A stretch of 34,253 nt of DNA from Candidatus Zambryskibacteria bacterium RIFCSPLOWO2_01_FULL_35_19 (GCA_001825335.1 MHWA01000006.1:4368-38620); one strand, 5' to 3'. Counted from the stretch's first letter, positions 1 to 7,385 are shown. Made by a program: numbers and translations. The notes: a model not told the origin generated them from the letters alone.

Positions 1-1
1 C

Positions 2-400
2 CCCCCAGCAATTTTAGGGGTAAAACTTTTACCTCTTTTGCAAAATGTTAAGGAAGCGTATTTGTTATGGTATGGATATTATCAGATTTTACCCAAGACA
101 CACCGTCATTCGTTGGGGGTAAGAACTGATTCGCTATTTATGGAAATAATGGGAGCGGTAGCCATCGCCGGATTTTTATCAAGAGAAGAAAAACAGCCTT
201 GGGTGAGATTGGCGATACGAAAGACAGACACGTTGAAAGTTTTACTGATGGTTTTATGGGAGACAAAATCATTAGACGACAAAAAATATATTACCCTTTC
301 ATTAAAAATTGAAGAATTCGGCAGAATGCTCGGAGGATGGAACGGGCAAATTGCAAAGTATTTGGAAGAGAAGAAAAATAAACAAAACCCCGTGAGATAA
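2..400 (+). CDS. avd: Avd-like four-helix-bundle protein (DGR accessory variability determinant), 5'-partial
   Basis: Helical ~130-aa ORF with PK..RHSLG and C-terminal GRMLGGW motifs typical of Avd/four-helix-bundle proteins. The frame is open back to the window edge (PPAILGVKLLPLLQNVKEAY...), so the true start is probably outside. Adjacent to a DGR TR. Confidence 0.8.
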   Translation, partial: PPAILGVKLLPLLQNVKEAYLLWYGYYQILPKTHRHSLGVRTDSLFMEIMGAVAIAGFLSREEKQPWVRLAIRKTDTLKVLLMVLWETKSLDDKKYITLSLKIEEFGRMLGGWNGQIAKYLEEKKNKQNPVR

Positions 401-417
401 TTTTGTATCTCACGGGG
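381..417 (-). terminator. Hairpin 3' of TR (intrinsic terminator or DGR RNA 3' structure)
   Basis: Perfect 12-bp stem CCCCGTGAGATA (388-399)/TATCTCACGGGG (406-417), 6-nt loop, followed on the minus strand by TTTTGTTT. It overlaps the avd stop codon. Confidence 0.7.
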
Positions 418-429
418 AAATGAAGAGAG

Positions 430-555
430 TTGCGAAGCAGAGAGCCGGATTGTTGTCGTTCCAATCATTGTCAAGCCAGTTCCAGTTCAGCACAACCTTG
501 TCACCGTTCTCGTAGAGGTACGGAACGTTCAGGTTGCCGTTGCGGTTCCGGACGA
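430..555 (-). repeat. DGR template repeat (TR)
   Basis: 126 bp, ungapped match to 969-1094 with 9 mismatches, all at TR adenines on the minus strand (450, 456, 459, 460, 480, 507, 508, 513, 535). Rich in AAC codons (reads VRNRNGNLNVPYLYENGDKVVLNWNWLDNDWNDNNPALCFA). Confidence 0.97.
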
Positions 556-841
556 ATATGCAAAGCGCCTTCCAGACCACCACTCCTTGAGTACCGTCTA
601 AGGTGTAAACCTATATCTGGTTTGCCTCTCAGAGTTGTATCGTATCCGGCATCTAAAATGCCATAGCGTCTTGCACCAAGTATCTTCATTTTTTGTGAAG
701 TTTCTACATACACCACTCTATCTCAAACCTTAGTCGGGGATATTCTCAATGTATGGATACTGGATTCGGTGGCAAGAATCCCGCTAGAGCGGGACGCTTG
801 CTAATATTCACCTAATACCATTTTTATAATATCAAATTTTG

Positions 842-885
842 AAAAGGAAAACCCCACACTCGCTTGATTTGGCGAGTATGGGGTT
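842..885 (-). terminator. Intrinsic terminator of the DGR target gene
   Basis: Minus strand AACCCCATACTCGC-CAAATCAA-GCGAGTGTGGGGTT (14-bp stem with one G.U) followed by TTCCTTTT. Confidence 0.75.
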
Positions 886-914
886 GGAGTTGAGCGCATA
901 TCTCCAGAGCGTTA

Positions 915-957
915 GGACTAAGTTCAAAGGATTTGAAAGTCCAGAGTAACTTAGTCC
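915..957. promoter_or_regulatory. Inverted repeat just downstream of VR (candidate DGR homing hairpin/cruciform)
   Basis: GGACTAAGTT (915-924)/AACTTAGTCC (948-957), perfect 10-bp IR with 23-nt loop, starting 7 nt after the target stop codon. The position matches the hairpin found downstream of VR in characterised DGRs. Confidence 0.6.
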
Positions 958-963
958 AGAGTA

Positions 964-1569
964 CTAACTTGCGAAGCAGAGAGCCGGACTGTTGCCGCCC
1001 CAATCATTGTCAAGCCAGATCCAGTTCAGCACAACCTTGTCACCGCGCTCGCAGAGGTACGGAACGTTCAGGTAGCCGTTGCGGTTCCGGACGACAGACT
1101 TCCAAGCAAAGACGGCTTTGCCAGCGAGGTAGCGGCGGAAGAAATCAATGCCTTTCGCCTGGATTGCAATTAGGTCGCTGAGACCGAGACAATTCTCGAG
1201 CATCTTTTTTTCTTTCAGATACTCGTAGATCACTTGGCCTTTGATCCACTTGAGGCCTTTCTGGTCATCGTGAAGCCAGAGTTCCAGTTTGGCCGCATCA
1301 AACTCCGACGGGCCGACGTTCTCCAAATCCGGGTGCATAACAATTCTCACCCAATCGGGATATGTCGGCCGCACCGAGCGGTCGACGCAAATCATAGAGT
1401 CAAGCTGAAGAGTGGCGTTACCGCGAATCAGGTCAAGCACTTGGCGAATTTTGCTTTCGTCATGCGCAAGCATTGCCCAATCCTCGGAGGTGAAGCCTGC
1501 TTTGCGGCCAGTTACCACCACTTCATGCATCAGTCCCAAATCTTTTCCAAATTCAGACGCACTGTTCAT
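964..1569 (-). CDS. DGR target (variable) protein, ~201 aa
   Basis: C-terminus is encoded by VR. Likely start is the ATG at 1569 (MNSASEFGKD) behind an AGAAAGGTG SD-like sequence, rather than 1662. No obvious signal peptide or TM segment. Confidence 0.9.
   Translation of the reverse strand: MNSASEFGKDLGLMHEVVVTGRKAGFTSEDWAMLAHDESKIRQVLDLIRGNATLQLDSMICVDRSVRPTYPDWVRIVMHPDLENVGPSEFDAAKLELWLHDDQKGLKWIKGQVIYEYLKEKKMLENCLGLSDLIAIQAKGIDFFRRYLAGKAVFAWKSVVRNRNGYLNVPYLCERGDKVVLNWIWLDNDWGGNSPALCFAS
969..1094 (-). repeat. DGR variable repeat (VR)
   Basis: 3' end of the target CDS. Seven codons differ from TR: AAC>TAC, TAC>TGC, AAC>CGC, AAC>ATC, AAC>GGC, GAC>GGC, AAT>AGT. Confidence 0.97.
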
Positions 1570-1709
1570 GGAACAACACACCTTTCTTTTGCTGTTTAGT
1601 TTTAGCTTTCGCCACAGCAGAAAAAGTTTTATTTTAAGGCCCTTTCTGCCATAGCGAAGCAAGTTAGTATTTTAAAGAACTACTTCAGTATAGTATCATA
1701 TCAAACTAT

Positions 1710-4190
1710 CTATGTCAAGCCGTGACAACGCTTGAATTTTTTGCCACTACCACAAGGACAAGGGTCATTTCTACCCACATCTTTATATTCTGATTTATTT
1801 TTTGAAGCAATATCTTGATCGTCAGTAACACCAGTTATTTTCAAGGCCTCTTTTTCCACTTCTCTTTGTGCTGTCAAATTAATAGCCGACTCATCCACCC
1901 TAGTTATAGTACCTAAAATCGCATTTTCAATAGACTCCTCCATTTCTTTAAAAAGTTTTAAGCCCTCTTTTTTGTATTCCACCAAAGGGTCTCTTTGACC
2001 ATAGGCGCGCAAATTGACGCTCCCTCTCAAATAATCCATAACCTCCAAATGCTCCACCCAAAACATATCAAAAGTCTGAAGACTAAGTTCTCTAAAAGCT
2101 TTTATAAAATTCTCTTCTCCCAAATCCAATCTTTTTTTAGAAATTAACTCTTTTATTTCTGGCAAAGCGTTAAGAGATATTTTATCTAGATATTTTAAAG
2201 TTATTTCCCTGTCTCCCATCAAGATATCTCTCCTTCTTTCATAAAAAGTTTTTCTTTGAAAATTTAAAACATCATCATATTCAAGAATATGCTTACGAGC
2301 ATCAAAATTAAGCCCTTCTATTTTTTCTTGGGCGCTCTCCAAAGATCTAGTGATCAATCTATTTTCAATAGGTTCATCTTCTGGGATGCCAAGTCTGCCC
2401 ATCATTTTTTTGACAGTATCAGCAGCAAAAACCCTCATAATATGGTCTTCCATAGAAACAAAAAATTGAGTCTCACCGGGGTCTCCCTGCCTACCCGCTC
2501 TTCCACGAAGTTGATTGTCTATCCTCCTCGCATCATGTCTTTCGGTACCTAAAACAAAAAGCCCGCCCAGATTTTTTACTTTTTCATAAGCCTCTTTTTC
2601 TAGAGGTGCTCCCCCAAGTTTAATGTCAATACCACGACCAGCCATATTGGTCGCTATAGTAACATTGCCCACTCTGCCGGCTTGAGCTAAAATTTCCGCT
2701 TCTCTTTCATGATTTTTAGCATTCAACATTTCAAATCTAACACCTTCCCTTTTCAGATATTCTCCCAATAATTCATTTTTTTCAATAGAAATAGTGCCGA
2801 CCAAAACTGGCTGACCTTTATTTTGGAGCTCTTTAACCTTTCTGGCAATAGCCAAAAGTTTGCCGTTTTCTGTTTGAAAAATAAAATCATTAACATCTTT
2901 TCTCTGCATTTCTTTATTGGTTGGTATGGCTACTGTATTTAATCCATAAACTTTATAAAATTCTTCGCTAGAAGTAGTAGCCGTGCCTGTCATACCAGAG
3001 AGTTTATGATACATCCTAAAATAATTTTGATAAGTGACAGAAGCAAAGGTCCTGCTCTCTTTTTGAATACTAACTCCTTCCTTAGCCTCTATCGCTTGAT
3101 GTAGACCTTCTGACCAACGTCTCCCTGGTTGAAGTCTACCTGTATAAGGGTCAACGATGATTACTTCATCATCTTTAACAACATAATCCTTATCTTTAAG
3201 ATAAAGAGCTTTTGCTTTAACTGCAGTTTCTAAATGATGAACCAACTTTATACCGCCTTCGGCATATATATTTTGCAACCCTAAGATTTTTTCGGCTTTA
3301 CTTATACCTTCATCTGTCAAAAGCACAGAATGCATCTTTTCTTCCAAGGTATAATCTTCGTTTTCTTTAAGTTGACCTGCCACCTTACTAAACTTTTTAT
3401 AAAAATCATCAGAGTCCGAAGCTGGTGCTGAAATAATAAGTGGAGTCCTTGCTTCGTCTATCAGGATAGAATCTATTTCGTCTACAACTGCAAAATAATG
3501 TCTTTTTTGTCTTACTTTTTCGCTTTGATATTCAAGATTATCTCGCAAATAATCAAAACCAAATTCACTATTGGTGCCATAAGTGATATCAGCTTCATAG
3601 GCCTCTATCCGAGTGCAAGGTTTTAAAAATTCATGAACTATGTGAAAAGATCCTTTTTTATCTCTTTCTTCATCTTTATCACTATCACCATTTTCTGGAT
3701 TATAAATAAAAGAAGAATCGTGAGCGATTACTCCCACTTTCAACCCTAGAGAATCATAAATTTGTCCCATCCAAGCGGTATCGCGACGAGAAAGATAATC
3801 ATTGACAGTAACTACGTGAACTCCTTTACCAGCTAAAGCATTTAGATAAACTGGCAGTGTCGCTACCAAAGTTTTTCCTTCACCAGTACGCATTTCAGCG
3901 ATACCTCCTTGATGCATCACAATACCTCCTAAAAGTTGCACATCAAAATGTCTTTCTCCCAAAGTTCTTTTAGCCACTTCTCTAACAACAGCAAAAGCTT
4001 CTGGTAAAATATCATCTAGCGTCTCTCCCTTTTTAAGTCTTTCTCTAAATTCAAAAGTTTTAGATTTTAATTCTTCTAGATTCAATTTAGAAACGGCTTC
4101 TTCAAAGCTGTTTATTTTAGAAACAATGGGTGATATTTCTTTTATATACCGAGAACTTGCGTCTCCAAATATTTTACTCAAAAATGACAT
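1710..4190 (-). CDS. secA: Preprotein translocase subunit SecA
   Basis: EMRTGEGKT, VDEIDSILIDEARTPLIIS, IATNMAGRG and QLRGRAGRQGDPG motifs; C-terminal SEC-C GRNDPCPCGSGKKFKRCH. Confidence 0.99.
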   Translation of the reverse strand: MSFLSKIFGDASSRYIKEISPIVSKINSFEEAVSKLNLEELKSKTFEFRERLKKGETLDDILPEAFAVVREVAKRTLGERHFDVQLLGGIVMHQGGIAEMRTGEGKTLVATLPVYLNALAGKGVHVVTVNDYLSRRDTAWMGQIYDSLGLKVGVIAHDSSFIYNPENGDSDKDEERDKKGSFHIVHEFLKPCTRIEAYEADITYGTNSEFGFDYLRDNLEYQSEKVRQKRHYFAVVDEIDSILIDEARTPLIISAPASDSDDFYKKFSKVAGQLKENEDYTLEEKMHSVLLTDEGISKAEKILGLQNIYAEGGIKLVHHLETAVKAKALYLKDKDYVVKDDEVIIVDPYTGRLQPGRRWSEGLHQAIEAKEGVSIQKESRTFASVTYQNYFRMYHKLSGMTGTATTSSEEFYKVYGLNTVAIPTNKEMQRKDVNDFIFQTENGKLLAIARKVKELQNKGQPVLVGTISIEKNELLGEYLKREGVRFEMLNAKNHEREAEILAQAGRVGNVTIATNMAGRGIDIKLGGAPLEKEAYEKVKNLGGLFVLGTERHDARRIDNQLRGRAGRQGDPGETQFFVSMEDHIMRVFAADTVKKMMGRLGIPEDEPIENRLITRSLESAQEKIEGLNFDARKHILEYDDVLNFQRKTFYERRRDILMGDREITLKYLDKISLNALPEIKELISKKRLDLGEENFIKAFRELSLQTFDMFWVEHLEVMDYLRGSVNLRAYGQRDPLVEYKKEGLKLFKEMEESIENAILGTITRVDESAINLTAQREVEKEALKITGVTDDQDIASKNKSEYKDVGRNDPCPCGSGKKFKRCHGLT

Positions 4191-4230
4191 AATAAAGCTA
4201 TATTAACACAAAAAACCTCAAATATGGAGT

Positions 4231-4263
4231 AAACAAAAACTCCATATAATGGAGTTTTTGTTT
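4231..4263. terminator. Bidirectional-type terminator after the small basic ORF
   Basis: Perfect 15-bp IR AAACAAAAACTCCAT-ata-ATGGAGTTTTTGTTT. Confidence 0.75.
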
Positions 4264-4277
4264 AAGCGGGAGAAGGA

Positions 4278-4382
4278 TTATTTTCTCCTTTTTTTAGCTA
4301 CTTTCTTTTTCTTTGCAACTTTCTTAACTGCTTTTCTTTTTGCAGGTTTCTTTTTAGCTGCTTTTTTTCTTTTTGCTGCCAT
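4278..4382 (-). CDS. Small Lys/Arg/Ala-rich histone-H1-like protein, 34 aa
   Basis: Translated by hand: MAAKRKKAAKKKPAKRKAVKKVAKKKKVAKKRRK*. 21/34 residues are K or R. Followed by a terminator; below the ORF-track size cut-off. Confidence 0.8.
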   Translation of the reverse strand: MAAKRKKAAKKKPAKRKAVKKVAKKKKVAKKRRK

Positions 4383-4551
4383 TTTATTTATGTCCCGCAG
4401 AGCGGGATTGAATTATTTTTTTAAGCGCGCGCTTTTTAAAATTTTATAAAAAATTTTAGAGCGTTATTTAATTTTTAAAAAATTAAATATAATCGACCTG
4501 TTTTAATTATCGCTCTAAAAAATTTTTTAGTAAATGTTTTTTTGTAAAAAA

Positions 4552-4560
4552 TGTGGATAA
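4552..4560 (-). promoter_or_regulatory. Single consensus DnaA box
   Basis: TGTGGATAA = reverse complement of TTATCCACA, within a very AT-rich intergenic stretch. Confidence 0.4.
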
Positions 4561-4668
4561 CTAAAAAAAATTTACTAAATTTTTTTTAGAATTTTCAGTA
4601 AATGTTTCAATTTTAAAATTTCTAAATTAATTTATTAGAAATTGTTTGTAAATTTTAAATTAAAAATT

Positions 4669-4778
4669 AAAAAATTCCTACTTGTCGGAATTTTTATATG
4701 TCGTCGCGTGGATGACGGAAGCTATCTCCAAAACAAATGTCTATGTGAGTGCGAACCGTCACCCGCGCCACAACACAC
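4669..4778 (-). ncRNA. Putative structured small RNA B (long stem, ~37-nt loop, own terminator)
   Basis: Promoter TTGAAA(4811-4806)-16nt-TATTAT(4789-4784). 5' GUGUGUUGU pairs with ACGACAUAU using G.U pairs that work only on the minus strand. Inner helices CGCG/CGCG and UGACGG/CCGUCA. Terminator-like IR 4670-4678/4687-4695. Confidence 0.55.
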
Positions 4779-4817
4779 TTTTAATAATACACCCTCTTTT
4801 CTTAATTTCAAATTTTT

Positions 4818-4894
4818 TAAAAAACAAAATAGTATTGTTTCGAGAGCATTATCCTCTGTGACCTAACGCAGAAACAATACTATTTTGTTTTTTA
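4818..4894. repeat. Long hairpin element with conserved 29-nt loop, copy A
   Basis: Perfect 24-bp IR (4818-4841/4871-4894) around GAGAGCATTATCCTCTGTGACCTAACGCA. Confidence 0.9.
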
Positions 4895-4900
4895 GATACG

Positions 4901-4979
4901 AAAATGCCACCCGAGGGTGGCGCTTTCGCAGACATTCATTTGTATGAAGAAAACTTAAATTGCTTCCTCACACTCACAT
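4901..4979 (-). ncRNA. Putative small RNA A (~79 nt)
   Basis: Near-consensus promoter TTGCGT(5013-5008)-17nt-TATACT(4990-4985) with extended TG. No ORF (ATG-TGA). Ends in GCCACC-CTCG-GGTGGC followed by ATTTT. Confidence 0.6.
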
Positions 4980-5021
4980 ATATAAGTATAGCATATTTGA
5001 CTTATTTACGCAAGTCTAGTT

Positions 5022-5102
5022 GGGGAAAAGCTCAAAAACATTGTTTCAAGAGCCTTATCCTTTGTAACCTAACGCAGAAATAATGTTTTTGAGCTTTTCC
5101 CC
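5022..5102. repeat. Long hairpin element with conserved 29-nt loop, copy B
   Basis: 26-bp IR with one G-T (5022-5047/5077-5102) around AAGAGCCTTATCCTTTGTAACCTAACGCA. Confidence 0.9.
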
Positions 5103-5107
5103 CCTTT

Positions 5108-7300
5108 TTACGGATTCCTCCCGGCTTTTATTTCATTTATATAGTATTCTCCCTGTTCCTTAAAAGTAGGATCTAAAATAATGATTTCTTCCAAAGTCTG
5201 AATAGCTTCTGTCCTTCTGTTTGCTTGCAAATAAACGGCAGTGAGAGTTATTCTGTGTTGTAAATTACTTGGGTCAAGCTCTATTCTTTTATTGACTATA
5301 TTTATTATTTCTTGATATTGACTCAATGATAGCAATATAGTCAAATACCTATCATCAAAAACCAATTTTGATTCTGGTATTTCACCTAAAATTTGCGATC
5401 CTGTGACCGTATCTCCAGAAGCAAGCAATGTCAGACCGTATATAAATTTAGCTTCTTCAAATGAAGTATCAAGTTCATAAGCAATCTTGGCCGACCCTAG
5501 AGCTTCGTTTGTTTTCCCATTAAGAAGATAGTTGCTTGTTAACTCAAAAAACATTTGTTGTTTATTTGGAGAAAGTTTTTGAGCTTCTTTCACTTGTTCT
5601 ATAGCTTTTTCATACAAACCAAATCTTGAAAGAAAAATCCCATAAAAAAGTCTGTAACGAGCGTCATCTGGAACTTTATCTAAATTCTTATTAAAAGATT
5701 TGTCTACCGCGTCAAACAATTCTTGCTTAAATTCAGTTGAAATATTTTGATTGGTCGCCATAGCAATGGCTGTTTGAGATATGTGTTCTAAACTTTCAGA
5801 AAAACCCATACCACTAGAAAGGGGCTTGGTATAAATTTTAATGTCTGCCACTTTTCCTTGATTGTTTGTTTTCAAAACTTCTAGCAAATCTTTATTTTGT
5901 TGCCAAGGCAAATAAATAACAAAATATAAAACTCCTATAATTAAAACTAATATTAAGGCCTCTATTATAGGTCTTCCTTTTTCGTTATCAAACATTTTTG
6001 TCATCTTGGCTGAAATATTATCCCACAAGGAAAGATTCATTTCTGAAGCATGCGAATGGACATAAGCCAAAATAGTAAAGAAGAGTATATAACTACTTAT
6101 CTGATCAAAAACGAAAAGATTATTAAAAAGGTAAGCAGAGACAAGCCCAAGCATTATAGCTTTTTCATTTTTAGACAAGTTTTCATTTTTAGATTTAAAG
6201 ATATAAAAAAGCAAAGCCAAAAGAATAGAAGTGTAAGAAAGAAAGCCCAAAAGTCCCCCTGCTACCAACCAATCAAGTGGGGTGCTATGAGCTCTATCAA
6301 ACCACGGCTCCTGATTATACATACGCGAATCATAATATTTATTGAAAACAAAATTAAAACCTTCTTGTCCCCAACCCAAAATTGGTTTTTCTACAAATCC
6401 TTTTATAGCCATTGGCCAAACAAAATATCTGCCTTGAGTTTTAACTTCAGAAAAAGAAAGAGAAGAGAAACGTCTTAAGACAGGACTCTCTTTAACAAAA
6501 GTGGTGTTTTTAAAAGCCAAAAATAATCCCACAAAAGCAATGAGTCCAATAAAGCCACCAAGAGCTACTTTTCTTATGCTGTCATTTTTTTCTGATTTAA
6601 ATAAAAGATATACAAAAGTGATAAAAGCACCCCCAAGAATACCCAAGATGGCTCCCCTAGTAGCGGTGAAATAAAGCACGACCAAATCCATCAAAGCAAT
6701 TATTGCCAATAAGATTTTTTGCCATTTTTGTTTAAACCTGACAAAAAGAAGAGCTGCAAAAAATATATGAAAAACCATATAAATACCAAGATAGCCCGCA
6801 TTACCTAAAGTGCCATCTACTCGAACTCCCCCCTGATTTATGGTAATCTTACCAGCCAACTGCAAGAAAGAATAAATAGCCATAATGGCAGAAGCGACTA
6901 AACTAGTCGCAAGGAGTTTATTCCACAACTCTTGAGTTTTTAAAACTGAACCCATCACTACAAAATAAGCGCCAAGATGGAGGAGAGTGATATAACCTTC
7001 CATTCTTTCATAATTACTCCAAAAAGCTTTGAAAGGGTTTTGAGCAAAAATATCAGCAAGTCCCATCACTATTAAAAATGTTAGTATTGCTCCCAATATC
7101 CAAGAAAATTTAGGCCGATAAGATTCGTCTCTTATAGCCAAAACAAGCCAAGTAGCAAAAACAATCTCAACTAAAAATCGGAAAACAAAAGCTTTGCCGG
7201 TAATAAATGGAAAAAAGAGTGATGAACTAACAATAAGTGGCACAAACGGCATCGCAAAAAGCCCAGCTAATATAATGTATTTGAGTTGACTGTTGGTCAT
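5108..7300 (-). CDS. O-antigen ligase (Wzy_C/WaaL/O-OTase) family membrane protein with C-terminal TPR-like repeats
   Basis: Many TM segments; R..GTLGN..Y, T.TRGA, P.LGWG and RAH..LD motifs; helical TPR-like C-terminal ~200 aa. Confidence 0.85.
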   Translation of the reverse strand: MTNSQLKYIILAGLFAMPFVPLIVSSSLFFPFITGKAFVFRFLVEIVFATWLVLAIRDESYRPKFSWILGAILTFLIVMGLADIFAQNPFKAFWSNYERMEGYITLLHLGAYFVVMGSVLKTQELWNKLLATSLVASAIMAIYSFLQLAGKITINQGGVRVDGTLGNAGYLGIYMVFHIFFAALLFVRFKQKWQKILLAIIALMDLVVLYFTATRGAILGILGGAFITFVYLLFKSEKNDSIRKVALGGFIGLIAFVGLFLAFKNTTFVKESPVLRRFSSLSFSEVKTQGRYFVWPMAIKGFVEKPILGWGQEGFNFVFNKYYDSRMYNQEPWFDRAHSTPLDWLVAGGLLGFLSYTSILLALLFYIFKSKNENLSKNEKAIMLGLVSAYLFNNLFVFDQISSYILFFTILAYVHSHASEMNLSLWDNISAKMTKMFDNEKGRPIIEALILVLIIGVLYFVIYLPWQQNKDLLEVLKTNNQGKVADIKIYTKPLSSGMGFSESLEHISQTAIAMATNQNISTEFKQELFDAVDKSFNKNLDKVPDDARYRLFYGIFLSRFGLYEKAIEQVKEAQKLSPNKQQMFFELTSNYLLNGKTNEALGSAKIAYELDTSFEEAKFIYGLTLLASGDTVTGSQILGEIPESKLVFDDRYLTILLSLSQYQEIINIVNKRIELDPSNLQHRITLTAVYLQANRRTEAIQTLEEIIILDPTFKEQGEYYINEIKAGRNP

Positions 7301-7385
7301 AGAGAGAAGTATATCAAATATAATAATTAAATGAATAGGTAGAAAAAATCTGTTATTTCTGGTATTGTTTTGGAATTAAAGACTT

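Larger units (their letters stand above)
381..820 (-). ncRNA. Putative DGR template RNA (structured 5' leader + TR + short 3' spacer)
   Basis: Extended -10-like TGaTATTAT at 834-826 (minus). GC-richer non-coding stretch with hairpins at 772-801, 684-700, 648-662 and 607-623, then TR and the 388-417 hairpin. Boundaries are inferred. Confidence 0.5.

Noticed and set aside
106-716. Minus-strand ORFs 106-474 and 501-716
   Set aside because: They overlap avd or TR, have no recognisable motifs and show no RT (YxDD) signature.
909-932. GCGTTAGG...CAAAGGAT downstream of VR resembles the reverse complement of the 29-nt loop (two 8-nt blocks)
   Set aside because: The spacing is 5 nt longer, the AGAGC block and long flanking stem are missing, and it overlaps a different IR. 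Not counted as a fourth copy, though worth rescoring with a profile model.
430-1181. Similar plus-strand ORFs 430-666 and 933-1181 (MRSREPDCC...) that look like paralogous Cys-rich peptides
   Set aside because: They are antisense shadows of the TR/VR repeat. The A-specific mismatch pattern identifies the minus strand as the functional one.
4249-4449. Phe-rich 66-aa plus-strand ORF
   Set aside because: Antisense shadow of the Lys-rich ORF at 4278-4382.
4440-4680. Possible oriC
   Set aside because: Only one consensus DnaA box and no dnaA/dnaN or other origin-linked genes in the window.
4706-4770. tRNA-like sequence ending in CCA on the plus strand
   Set aside because: No 7-bp acceptor stem, no proper D or anticodon arm and no TTCRA loop; the G.U pattern favours a minus-strand hairpin.
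4818-5102. Hairpin elements as integron attC sites or a CRISPR array
   Set aside because: ACCTAAC fits RYYYAAC but lies in the loop with no paired GTTRRRY, and there is no integrase. There are only two local copies, no regular repeat-spacer pattern and no cas genes.
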